19,252 nucleotides of DNA from Sulfurimonadaceae bacterium (GCA_041548245.1 JBFESZ010000036.1:1-19252), one strand, 5' to 3'. Shown: positions 1 through 11,721, counted from the first letter of the stretch. The notes: generated from the letters alone by a model not told the origin. Program-made: numbers and translations.

Positions 1-380
1 GGTGTTCCGATATTCCCGCCTGCTTGAGATCCGTGAGATGCAAGAAGCGTCTGGATCATCTGTGTTGTTGTTGTTTTACCGTTGGTACCTGATATCCAGA
101 TTGATGGTGGCATGCTGTCGGCAAAGTAGTCATATTCACTGATAAGGTTTTGTGCTTTTTTGATCAGCTCATGCTCAGGTGGCATTCCAGGAGAAGGAAT
201 TTCACAGGTGGAGTATTTGGCCTCAAACTCGGAAATGGGTTTGAGGTAGTTGCCATCTTCATCCTGAAAAGGTTTATGCACATTATCATCATAGAAGTGT
301 GAGACGCCTACTTTTTTGGCCAAAGCACGGGTCGTTTTCCCATATCCGAAAAAGGATATTTTTTTTGTCTGCAATGCCAT
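1..380 (-). CDS. murD: UDP-N-acetylmuramoyl-L-alanine--D-glutamate ligase, N-terminal part (runs off the window)
   Basis: Not in the ORF track. Manual translation from ATG at 380: [22 protein letters not shown]...PSPGMPP...ISEYDYF...IWISGTNGKTTTTQMI...GGNIGTP, with the MurD SPG, GTNGKTT and GNIG motifs. Its start overlaps the mraY stop (TGATG). Confidence 0.95.
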   Translation of the reverse strand, partial: MALQTKKISFFGYGKTTRALAKKVGVSHFYDDNVHKPFQDEDGNYLKPISEFEAKYSTCEIPSPGMPPEHELIKKAQNLISEYDYFADSMPPSIWISGTNGKTTTTQMIQTLLASHGSQAGGNIGT

Positions 381-1438
381 CAGCGGATCTTTAATGAGAT
401 CAATGCGACAAGATTGGAGAGCATAGAGATGATCCAGAATCTAACGATAATCTTATTTTCTGCCCAGTTTTTCATTTCAAAATGGTGATGAATCGGTGCC
501 ATCAAAAATACACGCTTTTGACGCAGTTTGTATGAGCCAACCTGCAGCATAACAGAGACTGTCTCAATGACAAAGATAAGGCCAATAAGTACAAGAAGTA
601 TTTCACTTTTGCCGATAATCCCCATATAAGCAATAAAGGCACCCAAAGTCAATGAACCGCTGTCTCCCATAAAAACTTCTGCCGGATGGCAGTTGAACCA
701 CAAAAAACCGGCCAGTGACCCGATGAGTGCTGCAGCAATGATGACGACTTCACCGACAGGAAAGTTTGGTAATAAAAGGTATTCTGCGAAAATAGCATGT
801 CCGGTAATATAGACGATACCAGAGAGTGACATTAAAGCGAAGATGGAAGGTACGGTAGCCAGGCCGTCCAATCCATCTGTAAGGTTGACGGCATTGGAGG
901 TACCTATCATGACAAGGATCCAAAAGGCGATGGCAAAGATTCCCATGTCACATACCGGGTTTTTTAAAAATGGTAGATAGAGCTGTGAATTGAAATCGGC
1001 ATAAAAGTAGAGATAGGTAGTGACAATAGTGGCACTTAGGATTTGCAGTAGTAGTTTTACTTTTGCACTTAAACCGGCAAGGTTCTCATTTTTCATGACC
1101 TTTGAGAGGTCGTCTTGCAAACCGATCAGACCAAAAAGTATAAGTGTCAATATGGCACCTACAACAAAGTAAGAATTGAGCTTTGCCGTTAAAACAGTTG
1201 CCAATAGGGCAGCACCCAAAAATACGATACCGCCCATAGTCGGAGTTTTTGCTTTATGTTGATGCGAATCAGGTGCATAATCATTAATGGGCTGTTCACA
1301 TTTGTCCTGAGCCCATTTGATGAAACGGGGCATGACGAAGAGTGTGATAAGCAGTGCGATAAAAAAAGCAAAACCAGCGCGCACGCTGATGTATTGGAAA
1401 AGATTGATATCGAGATGACGGTAAAGCCAGTAAAGCAT
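380..1438 (-). CDS. mraY: Phospho-N-acetylmuramoyl-pentapeptide transferase
   Basis: Polytopic membrane protein with Kxx[28 protein letters not shown] and MAPIHHHFE motifs; adjacent to murD. Confidence 0.98.
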   Translation of the reverse strand: MLYWLYRHLDINLFQYISVRAGFAFFIALLITLFVMPRFIKWAQDKCEQPINDYAPDSHQHKAKTPTMGGIVFLGAALLATVLTAKLNSYFVVGAILTLILFGLIGLQDDLSKVMKNENLAGLSAKVKLLLQILSATIVTTYLYFYADFNSQLYLPFLKNPVCDMGIFAIAFWILVMIGTSNAVNLTDGLDGLATVPSIFALMSLSGIVYITGHAIFAEYLLLPNFPVGEVVIIAAALIGSLAGFLWFNCHPAEVFMGDSGSLTLGAFIAYMGIIGKSEILLVLIGLIFVIETVSVMLQVGSYKLRQKRVFLMAPIHHHFEMKNWAENKIIVRFWIISMLSNLVALISLKIR

Positions 1439-1469
1439 ATGAGATCCGTGTTATGAAAATAAAAGTGAC

Positions 1470-1482
1470 ATTTTAGTATAAT
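1470..1482. promoter_or_regulatory. Back-to-back -10 elements of divergent mraY and gpmI promoters
   Basis: TATAAT on + at 1477-1482 and TAAAAT on - at 1475-1470, within the 99-bp divergent intergenic region. Confidence 0.45.
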
Positions 1483-1537
1483 CGCGCTAATACATTTATA
1501 AAAGTTATATTAGAGTTCTTGTATTGACTCTGTAAAG

Positions 1538-3022
1538 GTGAAAAAATTGGCGAAAAAAGCGGTACTTATTATCACTGATGGAATAGGTTTCTGTGAACGT
1601 ACAGAACATAATGCTTTTTATAAGGCAAACAAACCGACTTATGACAGACTCTTTAAAGAAGTACCACACTCATTGATCGACACCTTTGGTCTGAGTGTAG
1701 GGCTTCCAGATGGACAGATGGGAAATTCTGAGGTTGGACACCTCTCTATTGGAAGTGGACGTATCCTTTATCAAGACCTTGTAAAGATATCACTTGCGCT
1801 ACAGGAGAATACACTCCAAGATAATCCTGTCCTGAAGAGCACGATGGCCTCAAGTAATACTCTGCATATACTGGGTCTTTTAAGTGACGGTGGTGTACAT
1901 TCGCATATCGATCACTTTATCGGTGTCGCGAAGATCGCTGAAGCAGCAGGCAAGCGTGTCTATCTACACCTTATCACTGACGGACGAGATGTCTCTCCAA
2001 CATCAGCCAATACTTATATAGAAGAGATTGAGAAGATCTGTAATGAAAATATCTCCATCGCAAGCATTGCAGGTCGTTTTTATACGATGGATAGAGACAA
2101 CAGATGGGAAAGAGTTGAACCAGGATATCGAGCAATGGTGGAGGCAAAGCCTTTGACAGATATGTCTGCTCAGGAATATGTTAAAGCCTCTTATGCCAAA
2201 GATGAGACGGATGAGTTTATTGTGCCGACCTCATTCGTTGGTTACAAAGGGATGGAAAAAGGGGACGCTTTTATCTGTATTAATTTTAGGTCAGACCGTG
2301 TGCGTGAGATCACGGCAGCTTTGGGTGATGAGAATTTTGACGGTTTCGAAAGAGAATATATGCAACTGCATATTGCAACAATGACAGAATATAACAAGAG
2401 TTTTACCTATCCTATTCTTTTTCCGAAAGATGCGCCTAAAAATACTTTAGCCGAAGTGATCTCAAAAGCGGGTCTTAACCAGCTGCATACTGCTGAAACA
2501 GAAAAATATGCTCATGTGACCTTCTTTTTGAACGGGGGTGTGGACGAGCCGTTTTTAAATGAGACACGTGTGCTTATTCCTAGTCCAAAAGTCAAGACTT
2601 ATGATGAGAAACCGGAGATGTCTGCACCGGAGGTCGGTTCGGCAGTTAGGACAGCGATGGATGAGGGGATGGACTTTATCGTTGTCAATTTTGCCAATGG
2701 CGATATGGTAGGGCATACGGGTAATTTCGATGCATCCATCAAAGCAGTAGAAGCAGTGGACCGTGAACTGGGTCTTATCTTTGACAAAGCTAAAGAAAAT
2801 GATTATGCTGTCGTTTTGACTTCTGATCATGGGAACTGTGAAGAGATGAAAGATGTTGATGGTAATGTATTGACAAATCATACGGTGGGCAAAGTCTGGT
2901 GTTTTGTGGATGCCCCTGGCGTCGACAAAGTACAGACAGGCGGTTTGAACAATATTGCTCCGACAGTCTTGACTTTGATGGGCCTGGAGATTCCGGCTGA
3001 GATGGATCATCCACTGATTTAA
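1538..3022 (+). CDS. gpmI: 2,3-bisphosphoglycerate-independent phosphoglycerate mutase
   Basis: [54 protein letters not shown] and SDHGN motifs. The true start may be the in-frame TTG at 1547 (AAGGTG upstream). Confidence 0.97.
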   Translation: MKKLAKKAVLIITDGIGFCERTEHNAFYKANKPTYDRLFKEVPHSLIDTFGLSVGLPDGQMGNSEVGHLSIGSGRILYQDLVKISLALQENTLQDNPVLKSTMASSNTLHILGLLSDGGVHSHIDHFIGVAKIAEAAGKRVYLHLITDGRDVSPTSANTYIEEIEKICNENISIASIAGRFYTMDRDNRWERVEPGYRAMVEAKPLTDMSAQEYVKASYAKDETDEFIVPTSFVGYKGMEKGDAFICINFRSDRVREITAALGDENFDGFEREYMQLHIATMTEYNKSFTYPILFPKDAPKNTLAEVISKAGLNQLHTAETEKYAHVTFFLNGGVDEPFLNETRVLIPSPKVKTYDEKPEMSAPEVGSAVRTAMDEGMDFIVVNFANGDMVGHTGNFDASIKAVEAVDRELGLIFDKAKENDYAVVLTSDHGNCEEMKDVDGNVLTNHTVGKVWCFVDAPGVDKVQTGGLNNIAPTVLTLMGLEIPAEMDHPLI

Positions 3023-3068
3023 ATGTCAAATGGGCTGTATAGAAAACAATCAAATATAAGGAAGATAG

Positions 3069-3815
3069 ATGAAGTTTACAGGTAAAAATGTTTTAGTTAC
3101 AGGTGCGAGTCGCGGTATTGGCGCCGAGATTGCCAAGGGTCTTGCAGGATTTGGTTTGAAAGTATGGGTGAATTACCGTTCAGGTGAAGCAGAAGCCAAT
3201 GCAGTAAAAGATGCTATCACTGCTGCCGGTGGTGAAGCTGAGGTGATCGGTTTTGACGTGAGTGACGAGAACGCTTTTGTCGAAGGTGTGAAAAGAATTA
3301 TTGAAACAGATGGCGAGCTTGCCTATCTTGTCAATAACGCAGGAATCACCAATGACAAATTGGCACTTCGTATGAAAAACGAAGACTTTATGTCAGTTAT
3401 CAATGCAAACCTTACTTCGGTTTTCACGGGATGTCGAGAGTTTTTTAAAGCAGCACGTAAAAAGAAGTTTGGTTCGGTTGTTAACATCTCTTCTATCGTT
3501 GGTGAAACAGGTAATGCCGGTCAGACAAACTACTCTGCATCCAAAGGCGGGGTTATCGCGATGACTAAGTCATTTGCTCTGGAAGCAGCAAGTTCAGGGA
3601 TCCGTTACAATACAATTACTCCGGGCTTTATCGCAACTGATATGACGGATGAGCTCAGTGATGAGATTAAAGCATCTTTCACGGCTAAAATTCCAATGGG
3701 GCGTTTCGGTGATGCACGTGAAGTGGCTGAAGCAACGGCTTTTTTATTGAGTGATCACGCTTCTTATATTACAGGTGAAGTTCTTAAAGTCAACGGCGGG
3801 ATGAACATGGCATAA
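3069..3815 (+). CDS. fabG: 3-oxoacyl-ACP reductase
   Basis: SDR motifs TGASRGIG, NNAGIT, YSASK and PGFIATDMT; upstream of acpP-fabF. Confidence 0.96.
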   Translation: MKFTGKNVLVTGASRGIGAEIAKGLAGFGLKVWVNYRSGEAEANAVKDAITAAGGEAEVIGFDVSDENAFVEGVKRIIETDGELAYLVNNAGITNDKLALRMKNEDFMSVINANLTSVFTGCREFFKAARKKKFGSVVNISSIVGETGNAGQTNYSASKGGVIAMTKSFALEAASSGIRYNTITPGFIATDMTDELSDEIKASFTAKIPMGRFGDAREVAEATAFLLSDHASYITGEVLKVNGGMNMA

Positions 3816-3839
3816 AGGCCATTTCACCGCTTCTTTTTT
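3796..3839 (+). terminator. Possible intrinsic terminator overlapping the fabG stop
   Basis: Bulged stem GCGG..TGAA.ATGGC / GCCAT-TTCA-CCGC followed by TTCTTTTTT. Confidence 0.4.
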
Positions 3840-3906
3840 ACCCTCTCTTGATTAAATCATTTTTAAATAAATTTTCTACACATTGTTTAACTGTTTAAGT
3901 TAATTG

Positions 3907-3915
3907 TGTTATAAT
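3907..3915 (+). promoter_or_regulatory. Extended -10 promoter (TGnTATAAT) for acpP
   Basis: TGTTATAAT at 3907-3915, TTAAG at 3895-3899, SD AGGAG at 3937-3941. Confidence 0.7.
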
Positions 3916-3946
3916 TCCCGACATAAAATAATAGTTAGGAGCTCTA

Positions 3947-4174
3947 ATGGCACTTTTAGACGATATCAAAGAAGTAGTGGTTGAACAACTAAGCGTAAGC
4001 GCGGATGAAGTAAAAGAAGATGCGAAATTCGTAGAAGATCTTGGCGCTGACAGCCTTGATGTTGTTGAATTGGTAATGGCACTTGAAGAAAAATTCGACA
4101 TCGAAATCCCTGATGATGAAGCTGAAAAGATTCAAACTGTTAAAGATGTAGTTGATTACATCGAAAGCAAGTAA
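3947..4174 (+). CDS. acpP: Acyl carrier protein
   Basis: 75-aa acidic protein with the [18 protein letters not shown] phosphopantetheine motif. Confidence 0.98.
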   Translation: MALLDDIKEVVVEQLSVSADEVKEDAKFVEDLGADSLDVVELVMALEEKFDIEIPDDEAEKIQTVKDVVDYIESK

Positions 4175-4193
4175 GTAGGGCTTCCTACCTATA

Positions 4194-4220
4194 GCAGAAG
4201 CACTGCTTCTGCATTTTTTT
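4194..4220 (+). terminator. Rho-independent terminator after acpP
   Basis: GCAGAAGC-ACT-GCTTCTGC stem followed by A and T7. A smaller hairpin GTAGG-GCTT-CCTAC precedes it at 4175-4188. Confidence 0.8.
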
Positions 4221-4289
4221 GATAAAAATTTGTTTTTATACTTTCATTTGTAAAAGTCAAAGTATAAGAACATATTCCTAGGAGTAGAT

Positions 4290-5507
4290 GTGAGAAGAGT
4301 TGTAGTAACTGGTATCGGAATGATCAATGCGGTCGGGAATGACAAAGAGAGTGCGTTTAAAGCTATCTGCGAAGGGCAATGTGGAATTGAAAAAATAACA
4401 TTGTTTGATACAGAAGGACAAAGTGTCAATATTGCCGGTGAAGTCAAAGATTTTGATCCGGCAACAGTCATGGCTCCTAAAGAGGTGAAAAAAGCGGATC
4501 GTTTTATTCACTTGGGTCTTAAAGCGGCTCAGGAAGCAATGGCAGATGCCGCATTCCCGGAGGAGTTCAATAAAGACCGTTTTGGCATTTCTGCTGCTTC
4601 GGGTATTGGCGGACTACCTGCAATCGAAAAAAACTCAATTATTCTAAGTGAACGTGGCCCTAAACGCATTTCTCCATTCTTTATCCCATCTGCCTTGGTT
4701 AATATGCTGGGCGGTTTTGTGACGATTGAGCATGGAATCAAGGGACCTAACCTCTCATGTGTAACTGCATGTGCGGCAGGTACACATGGCGTTTCTGAAG
4801 CAGCTAAGACAATCATGTGTAACGGTGCAGATCAGATGCTGGTTGTTGCTGCTGAGTCTGCGATCACCGGTGTCGGTATCGGCGGTTTTGCGTCAATGAA
4901 GGCTCTTTCAACTCGTAATGATGATCCGCAAACTGCTTCTCGTCCATTTGATGCAGAACGTGATGGTTTTGTTATGGGTGAAGGTGCTGCAGCATTGGTA
5001 CTTGAAGAGTATGAATCTGCAAAAGCACGCGGTGCCAACATTTATGCTGAACTTATTGGTTTTGGAGAGAGTGGTGATGCTAGCCATATTACTTCACCAA
5101 GCCTTGAGGGACCATTACGCGCGATGAATGCTGCATTAAGCATGGCCGGTAATCCGAAAGTGGATTATGTCAATGCGCATGGAACATCTACACCAACTAA
5201 TGATAAAAATGAAACAGCGGCTCTTAAAGAAGCATTTGGAGGAAAAGAGAACTGTCCTCCTGTAAGTTCGACAAAAGGGCAAACAGGCCATTGTCTAGGT
5301 GCAGCGGGCGGTATCGAAGCAGTCGTTTCGATTATGGCAATGCGCGATGGTATTATCCCACCTACAATCAACTATCAGAATCCGGATGAAAACTGTGATC
5401 TTGACATTGTTCCTAATGAAGCGCGCAAAGCAGAGCTGAATGTGGTAATGAGCAATTCGTTTGGTTTCGGTGGGACAAACGGTGTTGTTATCTTCAAAAA
5501 GATCTAA
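4290..5507 (+). CDS. fabF: 3-oxoacyl-ACP synthase II
   Basis: RRVVVTGIG N-terminus; Cys-His-His triad in TACAAG, NAHGTST and GHCLGAAG; SNSFGFGGTN; GTG start with SD AGGAG at 4280-4284. Confidence 0.96.
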   Translation: MRRVVVTGIGMINAVGNDKESAFKAICEGQCGIEKITLFDTEGQSVNIAGEVKDFDPATVMAPKEVKKADRFIHLGLKAAQEAMADAAFPEEFNKDRFGISAASGIGGLPAIEKNSIILSERGPKRISPFFIPSALVNMLGGFVTIEHGIKGPNLSCVTACAAGTHGVSEAAKTIMCNGADQMLVVAAESAITGVGIGGFASMKALSTRNDDPQTASRPFDAERDGFVMGEGAAALVLEEYESAKARGANIYAELIGFGESGDASHITSPSLEGPLRAMNAALSMAGNPKVDYVNAHGTSTPTNDKNETAALKEAFGGKENCPPVSSTKGQTGHCLGAAGGIEAVVSIMAMRDGIIPPTINYQNPDENCDLDIVPNEARKAELNVVMSNSFGFGGTNGVVIFKKI

Positions 5508-5516
5508 AGGACTTCT

Positions 5517-6452
5517 TTGGCCACTTATCTAGATTTTGAACAAAAAATCAAGCAGATCCAAGAAGATATTATCTCAGCAGAGGTGCGTCATGACGAACAT
5601 GCCGCTGAGATCTTAAAAAAAGACTTAGAAAAAGAGGTCAAAAAGACCTATTCTAATCTGACCCCTTTTCAAGAACTACAGCTTGCACGTCACCAAGATC
5701 GTCCTTATGCGCTTGATTATGTGAATCTTTTGATGAGAGATCATTATGAGATACATGGTGACCGTCACTTCTCAGATGATAATGCAATTGTCTGCTACCT
5801 CGGATACATAGGTACACAGCGTACTATGCTTATTGGAGAACAGAAAGGCCGTGGCACAAAGAACAAGATCAAACGCAATTTTGGTATGCCAAATCCAGAA
5901 GGATACAGAAAAGCACTGCGTGCTGCTCAGATGGCTGAAAAGTTCGGAATTCCAGTATTGATGCTTATTGATACTCCGGGTGCCTATCCAGGGCTGGGAG
6001 CGGAAGAACGCAATCAATCGGAAGCGATAGCAAGAAACCTTCTTGAATTGGCTGAACTGAACACGCCTACAGTCTCTATTGTTATCGGCGAAGGTGGTTC
6101 GGGTGGTGCACTGGCGATAGGAGTAGCTGACAAGTTGGCAATGATGCGTTATTCAGTATTCTCTGTCATTTCACCGGAAGGGTGTTCGGCAATTCTTTGG
6201 AATGATCCTACAAAAGCAGAAGCAGCAACCAAGGCACTGAAGATAACAAGCAGGGACCTTAAGGAACTTGATCTTATCGATGATGTTATAGATGAACCTC
6301 TGATAGGGGCTCATCGAGATAAAGAGGGAGCAGCCAAAGCCCTTGGCGATTACTTCTTAAACGCTATTGAAGAGATGCAGCGCATGAACACTGAAGAGCG
6401 TATGGAAAAACGTTATGCCCGTTTGACTTCACATGGAGCTTTTACAGAGTAA
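5517..6452 (+). CDS. accA: Acetyl-CoA carboxylase carboxyltransferase alpha subunit
   Basis: [37 protein letters not shown] and SVISPEGC motifs; TTG start. Confidence 0.97.
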   Translation: MATYLDFEQKIKQIQEDIISAEVRHDEHAAEILKKDLEKEVKKTYSNLTPFQELQLARHQDRPYALDYVNLLMRDHYEIHGDRHFSDDNAIVCYLGYIGTQRTMLIGEQKGRGTKNKIKRNFGMPNPEGYRKALRAAQMAEKFGIPVLMLIDTPGAYPGLGAEERNQSEAIARNLLELAELNTPTVSIVIGEGGSGGALAIGVADKLAMMRYSVFSVISPEGCSAILWNDPTKAEAATKALKITSRDLKELDLIDDVIDEPLIGAHRDKEGAAKALGDYFLNAIEEMQRMNTEERMEKRYARLTSHGAFTE

Positions 6453-6461
6453 AAGCTCTAC

Positions 6462-6483
6462 AAAAAAAGCCTTTAGGCTTTTT
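6462..6483. terminator. Bidirectional terminator between convergent accA and the exonuclease gene
   Basis: AAAAAAAGCC-TTTA-GGCTTTTT. A second inverted repeat GAGCTTTTAC-AGA-GTAAAAGCTC at 6436-6458 spans the accA stop. Confidence 0.65.
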
Positions 6484-7261
6484 CTTTTTCACTTTTATTT
6501 TCCTCTTTTTTTGCTTTTCTTAAGCGTGGAGCCTCTTTTGAAAATCTGATAAGGTCCTCGACAGTCAATATCTTTTTCGGCAGTTTTTTGAGGGATGTTT
6601 TGAACAGTTCAAGAGCTGTAATTGCATCTGAAAGTGCTCTGTGATGCTCGGCTTCCTGGTGTAGGTTCATTGTTTCATTAAGGTATTTGAGTCCGTATCT
6701 TTCAAACTTTAGTGTCCGCTGTGCAAGCTCAAAGGTACAAAGTGTTCTATTGGCAAGAGGCTCGAGGCCAACACGTTCCATCATAGCTGAAGTGAACTTA
6801 TAGTCGAACTTGACATCATGAGCGACAAAAACAGCTTCTCCAATAAACATTTTAAATTTGTGCATAACCTCTTTCAAGGATGGTGCATCTTTAGTGTCTT
6901 CAATCCTGATACCGGTGAGCTCTTGGATATTTATAGGGATATTGTCACACTGTACAAAAGATTCAAATTCATCGATGATCTTTCCATCTTGATACATAAC
7001 GGCACCAAGCTCTATTATCGTATCCCCACGCATCGGTTTTGAACCATTTGTTTCGATATCCATGACACAGAACTTTCCATGCGAGAGAGGCTGTATAGCC
7101 GTTTTATAGATGAATTTTCCTTGATGTTCATAAAGCGGAAGACCTTGTGCTCGTAGAAGTTCAATTAAAAATTCAGGTTCACCGAACTTGCTCAGGGCTT
7201 TATAAAATCGGTCTCGGCTGACCCCTTGATGACTTAGTGCTGCGTCAAGTTTGCTTAACAT
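6473..7261 (-). CDS. dnaQ: DEDDh 3'-5' exonuclease, DNA polymerase III epsilon-like
   Basis: ExoI MDIETNG, ExoII AHDVKFD and ExoIII HRALSDA motifs. The rpe-linked position matches the dnaQ-like gene of Campylobacterota. Confidence 0.8.
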   Translation of the reverse strand: MLSKLDAALSHQGVSRDRFYKALSKFGEPEFLIELLRAQGLPLYEHQGKFIYKTAIQPLSHGKFCVMDIETNGSKPMRGDTIIELGAVMYQDGKIIDEFESFVQCDNIPINIQELTGIRIEDTKDAPSLKEVMHKFKMFIGEAVFVAHDVKFDYKFTSAMMERVGLEPLANRTLCTFELAQRTLKFERYGLKYLNETMNLHQEAEHHRALSDAITALELFKTSLKKLPKKILTVEDLIRFSKEAPRLRKAKKEENKSEKEKA

Positions 7262-7842
7262 TTAGCGGCTTTGATAAAGTCAGCTACCTTTTTAGGGTCT
7301 TTGACGCCTTTTGTATGCTCAACGCCTGAACTTACATCAAGGGCATAGAAACCATAAGAGAGACACTCGTTAACATTATCCGGAGTCAAACCACCAGCTA
7401 AGATGATCTTTGAGCAATCAACATTTTCAAACCATTCAAGATTAAGGCGTTTCCCCATGCCACCATAAGCCTCGCAGTAGGCATCGATTAGACGGTAACT
7501 ATCTTTATCTTTGGAGATGTCATCAGCAGATTGTACCCGTATAACTTTGATATAGGGGAATTCAAGTGCATGACAAAGTTCATCATTGACATCAAAATGG
7601 AGCTGTATAAGAGTAATCCCTGAGGCTTTTGCCATAGTATTAATACTCTGTGCATCCTGATTGACAAAAAGTCCGACCTTTTCAATGAATGGAGGAAGTT
7701 GTGAGATGATCTGTTTTGCATTTTCCGGTGTGATATAGCGAGGAGACTTTTCATAAAAGACAAAGCCAAGAGCATCAGCACCGGATCTTATCGCCTCTTG
7801 AGCATCATTTAATGAGGTGATACCACAAATTTTTACTCGCAA
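7255..7842 (-). CDS. trpF: Phosphoribosylanthranilate isomerase
   Basis: RVKICGIT, GADALGFVFYEKSPR, QLH, ILAGGLTPDNV and DVSSGVE motifs; TTG start. Confidence 0.95.
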   Translation of the reverse strand: MRVKICGITSLNDAQEAIRSGADALGFVFYEKSPRYITPENAKQIISQLPPFIEKVGLFVNQDAQSINTMAKASGITLIQLHFDVNDELCHALEFPYIKVIRVQSADDISKDKDSYRLIDAYCEAYGGMGKRLNLEWFENVDCSKIILAGGLTPDNVNECLSYGFYALDVSSGVEHTKGVKDPKKVADFIKAAKC

Positions 7843-7851
7843 GATAGAGCC

Positions 7852-8493
7852 TTAGACTTTAAGATTGTTGATGGCAGTTTCGTAGGATTCGTGTTTGAAG
7901 ACATAAGATCCAGCAACGCAGACATCGACACCGGCATCACGTAGCATCTCAATATTTTGATCATTCACTCCGCCGTCGATTTCAATAAGACATTCTGGAT
8001 TAATTCTGTCACGAAGTTCTTTTAATCGCTTGATTTTTTCCACGACGTTTGGAATGAACTTTTGACCGCCAAAGCCAGGATTGACACTCATGACAAGAAC
8101 CATATCCACATCTTGCAGAAGATATTCGACAGCTTCTGCCGGTGTATGAGGATTTAATACAACACCAGGTTTTATTCCCAGTTCACGAATGTACTGGATC
8201 AAACGGTGAGGGTGTTTCTCCTCTTCCATATGAAAGGTGATGTAGCCTGGTTTAAGCGGAGCAAAAAGATCAACAAAAAATGTGTTGTTCTCAACCATCA
8301 AGTGTATATCAAGCGGTTTGGTAGCAGCTTTTGCAACGGCAGAGACTACGACGGGTCCTATAGTAAGGTTAGGTACAAAATGACCATCCATAACATCGAC
8401 GTGGACGATATCGCACCCCGCATCGCAGATGGCCTTGACATCATTGGCAAGGTTACCAAAATCAGCTGATAGAATACTTGGAGCTACAAGCAT
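7852..8493 (-). CDS. rpe: Ribulose-phosphate 3-epimerase
   Basis: APSILSADF, HVDVMDGHFVPNLTIG, DIHLMV, MSVNPGFGGQKF and IDGG motifs. Confidence 0.97.
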   Translation of the reverse strand: MLVAPSILSADFGNLANDVKAICDAGCDIVHVDVMDGHFVPNLTIGPVVVSAVAKAATKPLDIHLMVENNTFFVDLFAPLKPGYITFHMEEEKHPHRLIQYIRELGIKPGVVLNPHTPAEAVEYLLQDVDMVLVMSVNPGFGGQKFIPNVVEKIKRLKELRDRINPECLIEIDGGVNDQNIEMLRDAGVDVCVAGSYVFKHESYETAINNLKV

Positions 8494-8544
8494 TTGTGTC
8501 CTTGAAAATATACCAAAGGGGTATAGAGAGATTTAAATTGTAAA

Positions 8545-8553
8545 AGTATAGCA
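8545..8553 (-). promoter_or_regulatory. Extended -10 promoter for rpe-trpF-dnaQ
   Basis: The minus strand reads TGCTATACT about 50 nt upstream of the rpe ATG. Confidence 0.5.
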
Positions 8554-8628
8554 AGTGAAGAAAAAAAAGGGGCTTAGATATGATGCTAAGAGCAATTTAT
8601 TGGTGATTAATTAAATATAAATATTCTA

Positions 8629-8637
8629 TGATAGAAT
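8629..8637 (+). promoter_or_regulatory. Extended -10 promoter for the HD-GYP gene
   Basis: TGATAGAAT preceded by an AT-rich tract. Confidence 0.5.
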
Positions 8638-8693
8638 AATAGGCGAGGCTGTGACATTGAGACATCTGAATTCAATGTACATCAATTGATTAT

Positions 8694-10007
8694 ATGGAAA
8701 GGATTGGAATGAGCTCATTTTCAGAAATGAGCATTGATCTTCGTCAGATGATTCTTGCTCTTGAAACAACGGTTGATTTAGTAGGTATGAATGATACTAA
8801 TCATGGTAAGCGTGTTGGCTACATAGCAAGTCAGATCGGAAATTATCTTGGATACAGTGAACAGGATATCAGCTTCTTGTTCGAACTTGGTCTGTTGCAT
8901 GATTGTGGTGTCTCTACGGAGCAGATGCATAGTGATTTGGTCAATCATTTTGATTGGGAGGATGCACATATTCACTGTCGTATAGGTTATCAACTCTTGA
9001 AAAACTTTGAGCCTCTTTCAAAGTTTGCTATCCCGATTCTTTATCATCATACGGCTTTTGAAGAGTTAAGTCAATTGGGTATAAGCATGCATGATGCAAG
9101 GATGGCTAATCTTATCTTTCTTTCAGACAGAATCGATGTCACCGCTGCATCACATTATGGTTCGGACATTCTTTTAGCGAGACATGACATCGTTAAATCC
9201 ATTAAAGACTATCGTGGGACATATTTTGATCCAAAGCTTGTTGATGCCTTTCTTGAACTTGAAAAGTCAGAAGCATTTTGGATCGCTTTGGAAGACAGAC
9301 ATATTACACGTTACACATGGGATATGGGACAGTTTGAGAGTGCTACGGAGCTGAGTATGCCTCAGCTGAAGCAACTGTCTTTGATCATGGCTTATATTGT
9401 CGATCAGAAAAGTCCTTTTACTGCCCAGCATTCGGCACGTGTGGGCTGTCTGGCCAAACATATCGCGACACAATATGGCCTCTTTGATGAGCAGTGCCAA
9501 AAAATAGAAATCGCAGGGTTCTTGCATGATATCGGCAAACTCAGAACACCTGATAACATTCTCGAAAAGCCTGGAAAACTGACAGATACGGAGCGTTCTA
9601 TCATGAATCAGCATAGCTATGAGACATTTGAGATCTTACGCCATATCAAGGGCCTGGAAGAGATATCTGCCTGGGCCGCCTTTCATCATGAGGGTTTGAA
9701 CGGCATGGGGTATCCTTTCCATCCAAGAGAAAAAGATCTAAGTATTGAGGCACGTATTATCGCTGTTGCAGACATATTTCAGGCCTTGGTTCAAGACAGG
9801 CCATACAGAGAGGGCATGCCGCTGGATAAAGTCCTTGAAATATTAAATGAGTTTGTACATAACGGCAAACTCGATGACACCATCGTTGATATTGTGAAAA
9901 AAAACCGTGCCAAATGTTTTGAAATTGCCAGAGGTGACGCTGAGGAGAATCAAGAGAGTGAAGTTCCGTTCTTTAATATAGATGAAGAGTTTAAGATTGA
10001 AAATTAA
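8694..10007 (+). CDS. Tandem HD-[HD-GYP] cyclic dinucleotide phosphodiesterase
   Basis: N-terminal HD domain (HGKRV, LLHDCG, HCRIG, YHH, SDRID; no GYP) plus a complete C-terminal HD-GYP domain (HSARV, LHDIGK, HHEGLNGMGYP, ADIFQAL, DRPYR). The start is probably ATG at 8709 (AAAGGA at 8698-8703). Confidence 0.9.
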   Translation: MERIGMSSFSEMSIDLRQMILALETTVDLVGMNDTNHGKRVGYIASQIGNYLGYSEQDISFLFELGLLHDCGVSTEQMHSDLVNHFDWEDAHIHCRIGYQLLKNFEPLSKFAIPILYHHTAFEELSQLGISMHDARMANLIFLSDRIDVTAASHYGSDILLARHDIVKSIKDYRGTYFDPKLVDAFLELEKSEAFWIALEDRHITRYTWDMGQFESATELSMPQLKQLSLIMAYIVDQKSPFTAQHSARVGCLAKHIATQYGLFDEQCQKIEIAGFLHDIGKLRTPDNILEKPGKLTDTERSIMNQHSYETFEILRHIKGLEEISAWAAFHHEGLNGMGYPFHPREKDLSIEARIIAVADIFQALVQDRPYREGMPLDKVLEILNEFVHNGKLDDTIVDIVKKNRAKCFEIARGDAEENQESEVPFFNIDEEFKIEN

Positions 10008-10044
10008 AGAGTGATTTGTAGTGGCTTGTTAATTCACAAGGGGG

Positions 10045-10070
10045 TGTCTTTCCTTAGATAAGGAAAGACA
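10045..10070. terminator. Hairpin between convergent HD-GYP gene and groEL
   Basis: TGTCTTTCCTT-AGAT-AAGGAAAGACA, an 11-bp perfect stem 5 nt past the groEL stop. No clear U-tract on either side. Confidence 0.6.
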
Positions 10071-10075
10071 GATGA

Positions 10076-11707
<1,632 letters not shown>

Positions 11708-11721
11708 TTATAGTTCCTTAA

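Noticed and set aside
62..76. (TGT)n/(ACA)n trinucleotide run
   Set aside because: It encodes the Thr run of the MurD GKTTTT P-loop, not a contingency repeat.
2555..3010. 151-aa antisense ORF and the other 60-115 aa alternative-frame ORFs in the track
   Set aside because: They overlap well-supported genes, lack recognisable motifs, and are expected shadows of codon bias.
8559..8573. A-run followed by a G-run upstream of rpe
   Set aside because: The G tract is too short for the poly-G phase variation typical of this phylum, and A-runs are common in these promoters.
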